Of a stretch of 64,000 nt of DNA, positions 48,216-58,395 are shown piece after piece (position 1 is the first letter of the stretch; the number at the start of each line of letters is the position of its first letter). Where the stretch lies: positions 248,001-312,000 of the forward strand of contig CDRNVI010000066.1 of assembly GCA_977017575.1 (NCBI GenBank), given 5' to 3'. The DNA is from Paramoeba atlantica (Eukaryota > Protista > Discosea). A model generated the notes under the pieces. It ran no database searches, was not told the DNA's origin, and worked only from the letters and a program-made list of their open reading frames with translations. The translations under genes and the position numbers were made by a program.

Positions 48216-48608
48216 ATGATCCTTTTAAATGCCACATCGTCGGAAGATTCGCGTTTTCGTCCGCGATTCAAGGCAATTGGCCGTCGAAGAGAAAAGGAAT
48301 CGAGTGTGACGCGCGTCTGCAAAAACGTCGCGTGCTTGTTGAAAGTACGAAGTGATACTTTTCATCTGGAAGGTTTGTTGATGAGCACGGTTAACCCATT
48401 TACGCTCCGGCAAACTGGAAAGATGGAGAGTGTTGCGGAATGCTTTCAACGGGCACGTGATGAGATTGTGTATTCTGGAGTGGCGGGAAGTGAGACTTCT
48501 TGTCTCGGAGGTTTGTTGATGAGCACGGATAACCCCTTTACGCTCCGGCAAACTGAAGAGACAAGAGGTATCACTCCTGCTGCTGCAGGGTGCACGTCTC
48601 TTGCGTGA
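48216..48608 (+). other. Orphan ORF preceded by two stacked SL remnants
   Basis: CTGTACCTTGTTG at 48176-48188 and 48197-48209, ATG 48216; internal ~46-bp duplication. No recognisable domain. Confidence 0.45.
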
Positions 48609-49051
48609 CGCACGCCAACACACCGATTGAACACAACACCGATACATGGCGTTGGACGAAGGTTTAGTCTTGATTACCGATCCGGAAATCTTTTGCTTGT
48701 TTTGCTTTTGCTTGTTTGTTCATATTGCTGGTTTTTGCCACCTTTGGCCCTATAAATTCTGACGGCGTCTACTGAGTAACTCTGGCTGTGTCTTCCCCCA
48801 TATCAACAAGGAAGGTCATTTATCTGCCATCGGATTCATTCATTCATTCCATTTCCTAAAACAAAGGTCTTATTAAAAACAAAGGTCTTAATAAAAACAA
48901 AGGTCTTTGCGGTAACGATAGTGACTGATACGGTACACGTCTTAACAAAAAGATGGTCTTAACATTTTTTTTCTATAGATACACGTATACTCAATTCCAA
49001 ACGCTTCAAATAAGTAAGAGGAAGAGGAGGACGGGAGTAACAAAAAAAAAA

Positions 49052-51110
49052 TATTCCAACCTGTCCAGCGGGGAATCCTACAGAAAAATGCATGTGAATC
49101 TATCGTCCACGAGCTGTTGGAAGAACACGAAGCAGGAGCCACCATTTTGACTATCGATTTTAAGAATGCGTACAACACGCCACATCGCACATCAATAGAG
49201 AAAGCTCTTCTTGAGTATCCGGTATTCAAATATTTCATGCGAATGTTCTATTTTGAGTACGGGCAATCATCGGAACTTCTTTTCTTCGCGAACAATACCT
49301 TGCATTCCGTAATTGAAAGCTCATCAGGAGTCCGACAGGGATCAGCACTCTCGTCAGTATATTTCTGCGCCGTGCTGCAAGGTCCGTTGAAGAAAATTGC
49401 GAAACTCTATCCAGACGTCACCATTCGAGCCTACCAAGACGATGTTACCATGAGTTCTAAGAATGAATCATCATTGGAAGTTGCTTTTCTTCATTTTAAA
49501 GAACTGACAAGTGAATTAAACCTCGAAATAAATTCTCGCAAGTGCGAACTTTTCCAAGGCAATAACACCACGAACCACCGAGGCATGTCACTTCGAGAGC
49601 TTGGGGTGGAAGACTGCGTCGATTCCATCAAAGTTCTTGGGGCGTACATAGGACACAATAAAGCAGTGGAGCGAAAACTGTTGGAAAAGCTGGAGAAACA
49701 TAAATGTCTTTTCCGAAGACTCAAGATTATGGGCCCAAGCAACTTATCGCTCGCGATTCTCAAGAGATGCACATTACCGCGCCACGACTACCATCTGCGA
49801 GTCCACAAACCTGGAGCCTCTATTCTCCTAGCACAGACCTTTGATGAAGAAATACACAAGATTCTAAAGAAATGGTGTGGTGCTGACAGTGAAGCCCTCA
49901 AACTCGCCGCCCTTCCATGTAAAATGGGAGGCCTTGGAATTACCTCAACGGTTCTAAAGCAACGTTACTTTTTCGAAGCCTCACGCAAATCTATTGAAGA
50001 GCGAAATCAGCCCTCTAATGCTCCAGTAGATAGCTCAGCCAAGAAACAAGTAAGTAGTCCTGGATCGAAAGCTCAGGCGGTACGTACCCAGCTGTCAAAG
50101 AATATGAAGAGTGAACATGAAAAGGTAGCAATGGATTTGAACGAGAATCCCAGATTTCAAGATATCACGAAACGCACAAAAGAAGCGAGCACACATTTAG
50201 ACTCGACGAACAATTACGTAAATCCCTACCTCTTTCGGTACACTCTTATGATGCGCCTCGGAATCGAACTCAGTAACGCTCCATGCAATATCACATGCCC
50301 GGGATGTGGAATTGTAGAGTCGGCATGCAAAATCATTCCTCACGTAGCCGGTTGCCCACGATGCGCTGGAATGAACTGTACACGCAAACACTCTCATTTG
50401 GTGCGATATCTTTCCGATCTGTGTTCCAAAGCCAGTCTCCCTTGTGCAATCGAGCCACGAATTCACACGTCATTCTTCTGCACTAAGTGCAAATGTTCAA
50501 TTTCCCCAGAAGCAGCAGAACAACACCCATGCCGAGCTCGTAGAATCAGATCCGGACCAGACCTTGCGATCTTGTGGCCCGACGTTGGTGAAATTTTATA
50601 CGATTTAACCGTAGTTCATACGTGTTGCAGTAGCTACCGAAAGCAAAGTAGCAATGCCTTGCTCCAGAGTGCCCAAGACAGAAAGAATAATAAATACGTG
50701 AAGGAGAAAGGCTTAGATCCCGAAAGTTTCCGTTGCATTGCGATTACTGATTGTGGGGTCTTACACGAGGAGACTAAACAGCTACTAAAGACATTGGCAA
50801 AGAGGGCAGGTCTAGATTATACGCCAACACGAGAAGCCTTTCAGCTTGAGTTAGAGAAATATTCTGCATACGCAGTAGTTTCTCAATTGCGGCAATATAT
50901 TCAGGCTGAAAAATGGGTTGGAGGTCTACGACTATGATTAGCTTTTGCTTCAAGTCAAAGCTTCAAAAATAGTACATTCTGTTGTTGATATTATGCACGC
51001 CAGATACTGCACGCCAGATATTGCACGCCAGATATTATGCACGCCTTGAATTGCACGCCAGATCTTGTTCGTTTTTCCTGCTGTTTTTTCCTGCTGTCTT
51101 ATGAAATGGA
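49052..51110 (+). mobile_element. 5'-truncated CRE-clade copy 4 with open RT-RLE frame
   Basis: Starts at IFQPVQRGILQKN; open frame to the stop at 50937; highly similar to copy 1; 3' UTR with TGCACGCCAGATAT repeats. Confidence 0.9.
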
Positions 51111-51615
51111 TTCTATCACCACCTGGTACCAAATATAACAAGGTACTAAACAACTAGGGTGAGTGATGTGTCTGTTTTTTTTTTAAGACGTCTGTTTCTC
51201 CTTCCTTTCTCTGAAGATCATTTGAACTGCCTGCTAGTGTTTTGAGGGTGGCACCATCCGGTAAAATCCGGTAAAATATAACAAGGTATAAAAGTTTACG
51301 GATTGAAATTCAGGGGTAGGGGGACCTTCGATGAAGCTTCATCGAAAGTGTACAACTTTCGATGAAGCACATTGAAAGTTGTACACTTTCGATGAATCTT
51401 CATCGAAGGTGTTTTTGACTTTTTATTTTATTTTTTCAAATCTTCAGGCAAACGTTTTTCGCGGATCCATATAGACATTTTGACTTTTTTGGTGCTTCAT
51501 CGAAGTGTTTTGTGAAGGCTCGTAGAGGAATTTCACCGTTTCTTCAGTTTATCTTCAAAAATAGCTATTTATCAAATCGGCAGACGCAGAAAATTAGTCT
51601 CTAATCATCTGACGG

Positions 51616-51860
51616 TTGGTGGCTACAGCCATTGAAAAGGCTTTGATTACTTTTAAAGATCATTGGGCACGTTGGAAAAACATTCGATTATGTGTGGACA
51701 ATACGAGTGTCAAATACGCGATTGCAAAGCAGTGGTCGGATTCATATAATATATCTACAGTTCTTATTCGAATTTTAAATTTCATCAACATCCGAGGAAT
51801 AAAAATAGCGGCACACTATGTTGAAACGAATGCGAACTTAGCTGACCCTTGGGAGCAGGA
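51616..51860 (+). pseudogene. RNase H fragment of a YR element
   Basis: IRLCVDNTSVKYAI..HYVETNANLADPW. Confidence 0.7.
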
Positions 51861-52129
51861 ACCGCTACGGAACTTGGCGAAAGGACGGTATGGTTATTGT
51901 GTCCAAGGGAGACTGGCGACGGGGAGGGTGCAGACTTCCCAGTCGTTAGTTCATGGTGTTTTTAGTTTAGACAGCGCGCATCATACTCGATGATTATGAA
52001 GATATTTTGAAATCTATTGTAATAGCAACAAAGATCACTATCAGATTACAACGAAACATTAAATGATTGAGATACAGTTTATTTCAATACAGTTTACTAC
52101 CTTTTTTCTATGGCGAAAAAATTACATTC

Positions 52130-52437
52130 TTTTTCAACGCTATGAGAATACCCTGGAGCCACTTTTTGCGCCAATACAGCAGGGGATAATGTCAAAAGCG
52201 GGCTGCGAGAGGATAGTGCACACCCTTCACGAAAAATATTTGACAGGCCACTCCATCCTATCCGTAGACTTGAAAAATGCGTTCAACACCCCCTCCAGGA
52301 ATGACGTCGCAAAGCATGTTTTCGGTATCGCAACGTTCCGACCCTTCCAAAGGTATTTTGCGGCTGAATATTCCGAGCAATCTCAGCTTCCCTTCTACGG
52401 CAGCGAAGGTAAATTGGTCGACACAGTATCAAGTTCC
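52130..52437 (+). pseudogene. RT fragment of the second CRE-like family
   Basis: FAPIQQGIMSKAGCERIVH, SVDLKNAFNT; ends abruptly at the VIPER A repeat. Confidence 0.8.
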
Positions 52438-53146
52438 TAGAAGTTCACGGAAGGAAATTTAGGAGGGGCTTTATAGTGATGAAAATTGGCCGACGGGCAT
52501 TGTACGTTTTATTTATGAATAGTTTCTATAGTGATACATGGAAATAAATATTTTATATATTTTGATAGTAGTCTTCAAGTTTTGCTAAGTACTACGAGTT
52601 ACGATAAAGATACAGTTTCTGTACCTTGTTGTCTTCAAGTTTTGCTAAGTACTACGAGTTATGTCTGGTATCGTTGATGCGGTGCGACGGGCGGTGTCGA
52701 TGACACGAGCTGAAAGTCCGCCTCCCGTCGCTCCTGATCCTCCTGCATCTCGACGTCGAGGGCCACGACGCGAGCGCAGGGATGGAACGCTGAATCCCGA
52801 GCAGGTGGAAGACCGCGAGACCCGTGTAATGACTGATGTCGAAAAAGGAGAGTTCCAAGCTCGAATAGTTGATATTTTGCGAGCGAAGCGAAAGGTTAGG
52901 ATCAAGGCTGTGTGGGCGGAGCAGGGGGATGGTTTTCAGCAGGTCGTCGAAGGGTCAGTCTCTTTTAAGTTCCCCAAAAAACGAAACAATGATGAGTTGG
53001 TTGCAAAGTGGGATGACGAACCTAACAAAAGCTACCCTTTTCCTCATCCGCGAATTCGATATTTTGCCCTTGAGATCGTGCAGGTTGATAGCTGTATGCC
53101 GGACGGTATTGAAGACGGTTCCCTCGCGGCTCAGCAGGCGCAGATC
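52438..53146 (+). mobile_element. 5' end of family-B VIPER-like element: A repeat + SL + duplicated 5' UTR + gag N-terminus
   Basis: A repeat 52438-52601, SL 52601-52631, repeated 29-nt UTR 52632-52660, ATG 52661 (MSGIVDAVRRAVS..TLNPEQVE). Confidence 0.88.
52601..52631 (+). other. Spliced-leader exon copy (31 nt, 5'-truncated)
   Basis: ACGATAAAGATACAGTTTCTGTACCTTGTTG, identical to 56438-56468; shares GATACAGTTTCTGTAC with trypanosomatid/bodonid SLs; joined at the AG acceptor seen at 52570-52571. Confidence 0.85.
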
Positions 53147-53795
53147 AAGAACGCATATAACACACCACACCGCACAGCTATTGAACAAGCCCTATTCCAG
53201 TACCCCGTCTTCAAGCACTTCTTGAGAATATTTTATCTAGAATATGGACAGCCATCGGATCTCCTTTTCTTTGCCAATAGCTCACTGTACTCTACAATCG
53301 AAAGTTCATCTGGATTTCGGCAAGGATCAGCATTATCCTCTCTGTATTTTTGCACTTTGCTACAAGGAGCTTTGAAGGAAGTCGCGGATGCGTATCCAGA
53401 AGTCACCTGACGAGCTTATCAGGATGATGTCACAATGAGTTCCAAAAATGAAGCCTCTCTAGAAGTAGCTTTCAAACATTTTCAAGAGCTTACAAAGGAC
53501 CTGAACCTGGAAATAAACTTCCACAAGTGTGAAATCTTTCAAGGATCAAAAGCACAACACTGTAAAGTTTCAGCACTTCGAGAACTGGGAGTTCAGGATT
53601 GCGTGGATACGATCAAAGTGCTTGGAGGCTACATAGGCAGCAATAAAGCAGTCGAACGGAAGCTCCTGGAAAAATTAGAAAAACACAATTGTTTATTCCG
53701 AAGACTCGGTTGCATGGGGCCAAGCAATTTGTCACTTGCTATTCTCAAGCGGTGCACGTTGCCGCGCCACGATTACCACTTGCGAGTGCATAAAC
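53147..53795 (+). mobile_element. Internal CRE RT segment, near-identical to ~45447-46095
   Basis: Same sequence apart from TTA>TGA at ~53408 and one silent change; fused in frame to the gag upstream. Confidence 0.9.
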
Positions 53796-54278
53796 CCCCT
53801 TTTTGTTTATTACCCCCTTTTTGTTTATTACCCCCTTTTTGTTTATTACCCCCTTTTTGTTTATTACCCCCTTTTTGTTTATTACCCCCTTTTTGTTTAT
53901 TACCCCCTTTTTGTTTATTACCCCCTTTTTGTTTATTACCCCCTTTTTGTTTATTACCCCCTTTTTGTTTATTACCCCCTTTTTGTTTATTACCCCCTTT
54001 TTGTTTATTACCCCCTTTTTGTTTATTACCCCCTTTTTGTTTATTACCCCCTTTTTGTTTATTACCCCCTTTTTGTTTATTACCCCCTTTTTGTTTATTA
54101 CCCCCTTTTTGTTTATTACCCCCTTTTTGTTTATTACCCCCTTTTTGTTTATTACCCCCTTTTTGTTTATTACCCCCTTTTTGTTTATTACCCCCTTTTT
54201 GTTTATTACCCCCTTTTTGTTTATTACCTCCTTTTTGTTTATTACCCCCTTTTTGTTTATTACCCCCTTTTTGTTTAT
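53793..54278. repeat. 18-bp minisatellite ACCCCCTTTTTGTTTATT, ~27 copies
   Basis: Nearly perfect tandem array. Confidence 0.97.
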
Positions 54279-54957
54279 CCTAACTGGGTCGCCACTGCCA
54301 CGGCATATCCTTTTGGGTGCGTCAGAAGGGGAAGATGAGGTCAGGAGCCCGGCATTGGACCGTTGCCGGTGATGGGGCGTGGCGACCCCAGCCTTCCGAC
54401 GTAAGGGTTTCCGAGCTGGCAGGAGGGAATGTGTCCGTTCCTATTCCTGTTCAACCCTTGTTCGCGGCGTCGTTAACCGCGTTCCGGGGCATAGACGGGG
54501 TAGCATCCCGTCGCCGAGGCATGTATGTCGTTAGCGAGCGCGCTAACCCTACCCCCTCGGTGGAGGTGGAACGGCATTGGTGCTAGCTGAGGTTTTATCC
54601 CTCCCCATCTCCCGGAAAAGCGAAGGGACTAGATCCTTTTTTCTAGGCTAGGTCCTTCGTTTCTCCACGCTAGGAGCGCTCCTGGACTAACAATCCGGAG
54701 CAGTGGAGTTTTTAGCGAGTGAGCTACCAGAGTCTCTGACGCAATCCGAGATTCAACAAAACTCTGGTAAGCAAGTCTCGCACTACCCTGTAATGGGGTG
54801 TCTCCCCTGAGGTGCGTGGGTGGAAACACCCATTCATCTTGCCACTGGAAGGTGGCCAGCTCACTCGACCAAGAAAAGCCTGCCGGTTGGACACCGGGTG
54901 GCGGTCGAGGCGGTTGAGGCAAAGATTTTCTCCATGTACGAAAAAAAAAAAAAAAAA
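54279..54957. other. GC-rich structured non-coding segment ending in A17 (possible non-autonomous retroelement)
   Basis: Long stems such as CTGGGTCGCCAC / GTGGCGACCCCAG and GTTAGCG/CGCTAAC; no convincing ORF; orientation uncertain. Confidence 0.4.
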
Positions 54958-55574
54958 CGTTTTATTTATGAATAGTTTCTATAGTGATACATGGAAATAA
55001 ATATTTTATATATTTTGATAGTAGTCTTCAAGTTTTGCTAAGTACTACGAGTTACCTTCTTAATCGGTGCCCGTGGATCGGATACAAGGAGGTCAGCTTA
55101 CCTATCAAGACGCGTGCCATGCTGGCAGAATGGCGCAACGAGATTCTGAACAACGTTCCCATAGTTCCATCACCTCATCCTGACATGGCGCCGCATCAGC
55201 ATCGTCTTTATACGGATGCCTCAGCAAAGGGCTGGGGTGCTATTTTGTATCTTGATCAAGGCGAGGTCTTGATTGCCGGAGGTCCGTGGGAAAGAGGCAC
55301 TGAGTACGAGGTTAATCATGCGGAGGCAAAAGCAGTCCGCTTCGCGCTTGAAAAATTTGCGGAACATTTTCCACGAGGAACCTGCCTGGATCTATTCGTG
55401 GACAATACGTCCTGTGAGGCAGCGGTTAACCGACGTATGACCTCTTCGACAAATATTGCTCATGAATTAGAACAAGTTCATACACATTGCAAATCTCTGG
55501 GAATATGTGTACAAGCGCGATATATTCGCTCAGAAGATAACCCCGCTGATCCGATCAGCCGAATGGAAATGTGA
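54957..55574 (+). mobile_element. Deletion derivative of family-B VIPER: partial A repeat fused to RNase H
   Basis: 54957-55055 matches ~52507-52602; then LYTDASAKGWG, NHAEAKA, FVDNTS, NPADPISR. Confidence 0.85.
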
Positions 55575-56079
55575 GTTAAGATTCGGATTACGCATTTATG
55601 GAAGTGCAACAATAATAACTTAAATTGAAAAATAAAACAGTGCATACGTTTTTCGTCCGTAAGAGGAATTGGCCCTTCGTCTGTACGGTTATTTGATTCT
55701 GTTAGCAATACTACATATTGGATACTAGTGTTTGGGTGCAGTGACGTGTGCTTGGGTTCGGTTGGCGGCGGATCCGGACGGAAAACCCGTTCACTTAGTA
55801 TCATCTACAAACAATATAGTTTTTGATTTTCTCATGATATTTCTAGACAAGCGCTTATTTTTCATAGTTTGATTTGAAGGAAGAAGGTACGAAATTGTAT
55901 ATTTCATAGTACGGTTTTCACATCTACAAGAATTTAAGTAGGTTCATATTTCAGATTTTAGAAGTTGTATTTCAATGAAGTAGGTGCCCCGACGTGAATT
56001 TCCAACTAGAAATCGAGAAATTTGCAGCTTACACTGTCGTATCACAATTACGACAATACATCTCAGCAGAACAATGGCT

Positions 56080-56272
56080 AGGAGGCCTCAGCCATTGAAA
56101 AATAAAGTTCACAAAAAGAACCCTTGTCAAGACCGCTTATTTTCCTCTGCGTAAAGTGGCAACTAAAAGAACATAGGAGGCCTCAGCCATTGAAAAATAA
56201 AGTTCGCAAAAAGAAACCGTGTCAAGACCACTTATTTTCTCTGCGTAAAGTGGCAACTAAAAGAACATACCG
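56080..56272. repeat. ~96-bp tandem duplication
   Basis: AGGAGGCCTCAGCCATTGAAAAATAAAGTTC...GGCAACTAAAAGAACATA occurs twice with a few mismatches. Confidence 0.85.
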
Positions 56273-56437
56273 CAAAATAATAATAGTGAGAGATACAACA
56301 ACGCCTAAAGTCCAAAACAATCATGCGGTAAATCATTATAAGTTTACGATAAGAAATTTAGGAGACTTTATTTTGTTGATATGCAGATGGTGCCCCGAAA
56401 GGGGTCTAAACTGTTTTCAAATTCTAACGATTCTTTA

Positions 56438-56760
56438 ACGATAAAGATACAGTTTCTGTACCTTGTTGTGACATTTCCTCCTATAAACAACAAAAACGTT
56501 TTTCCATGGCAGGTATTTTGAATACCGTGCGCCGAACACTCTCTATGGGCAGACAGGACAGTCCTCCACCAGTTGATCCTAACGACCCTGTGAGCCCATC
56601 TCTCCGACAAGGACGGGACCAGAGAAACACCCTGAACCCCGAGCAAGTGGCGGCTTTGCTTCGAGGTGGGGATGGCGCGGAGGCCATGTCAGAGGAATCG
56701 AAGATGGAGTTTGCTGCAAAAGTTAAATCTTTAGTAGCTCGAGGGTACCAGGTATCTGTT
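56438..56760 (+). mobile_element. SL-headed gag 5' fragment of a third VIPER-like family
   Basis: SL 56438-56468, 37-nt UTR, ATG 56506 (MAGILNTVRRTLS..TLNPEQVAALL..EFAAKV); cut by the minisatellite. Confidence 0.85.
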
Positions 56761-58395
56761 GATCAACCTTTTTATTAAGATCAACCTTTTTATTAAGATC
56801 AACCTTTTTATTAAGATCAACCTTTTTATTAAGATCAACCTTTTTATTAAGATCAACCTTTTTATTAAGATCAACCTTTTTATTAAGATCAACCTTTTTA
56901 TTAAGATCAACCTTTTTATTAAGATCAACCTTTTTATTAAGATCAATCTTTTTATTAAGATCAACCTTTTTATTAAGATCAACCTTTTTATTAAGATCAA
57001 CCTTTTTATTAAGATCAACCTTTTTATTAAGATCAACCTTTTTATTAAGATCAACCTTTTTATTAAGATCAACCTTTTTATTAAGATCAACCTTTTTATT
57101 AAGATCAACCTTTTTATTAAGATCAACCTTTTTATTAAGATCAACCTTTTTATTAAGATCAACCTTTTTATTAAGATCAACCTTTTTATTAAGATCAACC
57201 TTTTTATTAAGATCAACCTTTTTATTAAGATCAACCTTTTTATTAAGATCAACCTTTCTATTAAGATCAACCTTTTTATTAAGATCAACCTTTTTATTAA
57301 GATCAACCTTTTTATTAAGATCAACCTTGGGTACGTCTCTACTTCGTTGAATATTCAACGAACCGCCGGCGGTTCGTTGAACGATTCAACGAAGCGATGG
57401 CGCTTCGTTGAATATTCAACGAACGGGATTTTAATTTTTTTTCGAGCGAGCATTCGATTTTTTTAACATTTTAAATTGTCTCAACGGAGCAACAAAGGTA
57501 GCGCATGGTACTAGAAACTCTTTTACGGCAAGTCGATCTCATGTAGATTTCTGTTGTTGTAGTTTAACCCGTTTGGAGATTCCTGTGAATGAATGTGAAA
57601 CGCACGGATGAAACATGGTGTTAGATACGTCGTGTATTATTAGAAAATATAGGTGCAAGAAGGCCATGAAGCGACGCAAAAATGCTTCCGAAGTATTGCC
57701 AGTATCACTGTTGTTCATTCAAAATAGGATCCGCAAAAGAAAAAGGTCCTGTTTTCTACACATCAATATTAAAAAATAGTCCAGAATCCTGCGGAAACCA
57801 CCCAACCAACCAGAATCCTGCGGAAGTGGAAGACATAGGTTCTCAGTGCGCGACCCGCGCGCTGGAGCGCGCGGGCCGCCAAAAAATATAATTATGTCCC
57901 AGGGCTACGCTCACAGTTGGGCCTTGCTCGCAGACGGGGGCTTTTGCCTCCAGAAGTGGGCTTCGCTCAACGTTGGGCCTTGCCTCTCGACAATCCTGCG
58001 GAAGTGGCAGACATAGGTTCTCAGTGCGCGACCCGCGCGCTGGAGCGCGCGGGCCGCCAAAAAATATAATTATGTCCCAGGGCTTCACTCACAGTTGGGC
58101 CTTGCTCGCAGACGGGGGTTTTGCCTCAAGAAGTGGGCTTCGCTGGCAGAATCCCAGAAAAGTTCAGTGAAAAAAAATAAAAAATCGGTTCGTTGAATCG
58201 TTCAACGAACCGACGGCGCTTCGTTGAATATTCAACGAAGTAGAGACATAGCCTCAACCTTTTTATTAAGATCAACCTTTTTATTAAGATCAACCTTTTT
58301 ATTAAGATCAACCTTTTTATTAAGATCAACCTTTTTATTAAGATCAACCTTTTTATTAAGATCAACCTTTTTATTAAGATCAACCTTTTTATTAA
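56761..58395. repeat. 18-bp minisatellite GATCAACCTTTTTATTAA (~31 + ~8 copies) interrupted by a MITE
   Basis: Arrays at 56761-57328 and 58254-58395. Confidence 0.97.
57329..58253. mobile_element. MITE / non-autonomous DNA transposon (925 bp)
   Basis: Same TIRs as 12299-12804; 8-bp TSD TCAACCTT (57321-57328 / 58254-58261); internal ~180-bp tandem duplication. Confidence 0.93.

Noticed and set aside
48365-48560. TTGATGAG..GCAAAC duplicated motif as a hammerhead ribozyme
   Set aside because: Core requires CTGATGA and GAAA; both deviate and flanking stems are not evident.
35301-51290. GTACCTTGTTATAT motifs at ~35317, ~51135 and ~51280 as SL remnants
   Set aside because: They read CTTGTTAT rather than CTTGTTG, lack TTTCT, have no nearby ATG, and sit in a separate CACCCTAG..-type repeat.
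17480-53410. Stop-codon reassignment (TGA at a likely Trp position 30186, TAG at a likely Glu position ~17485)
   Set aside because: Homologous CRE ORFs end in either TGA or TAA at the same position, other internal stops replace Leu codons (25889, 53408), and long ORFs are open in the standard code; ordinary nonsense mutations explain it.
53736-57466. Repetitive-peptide ORFs (PPFCLL, KKVDLN, LFIKIN etc.)
   Set aside because: Stop-free frames of 18-bp minisatellites, not genes.
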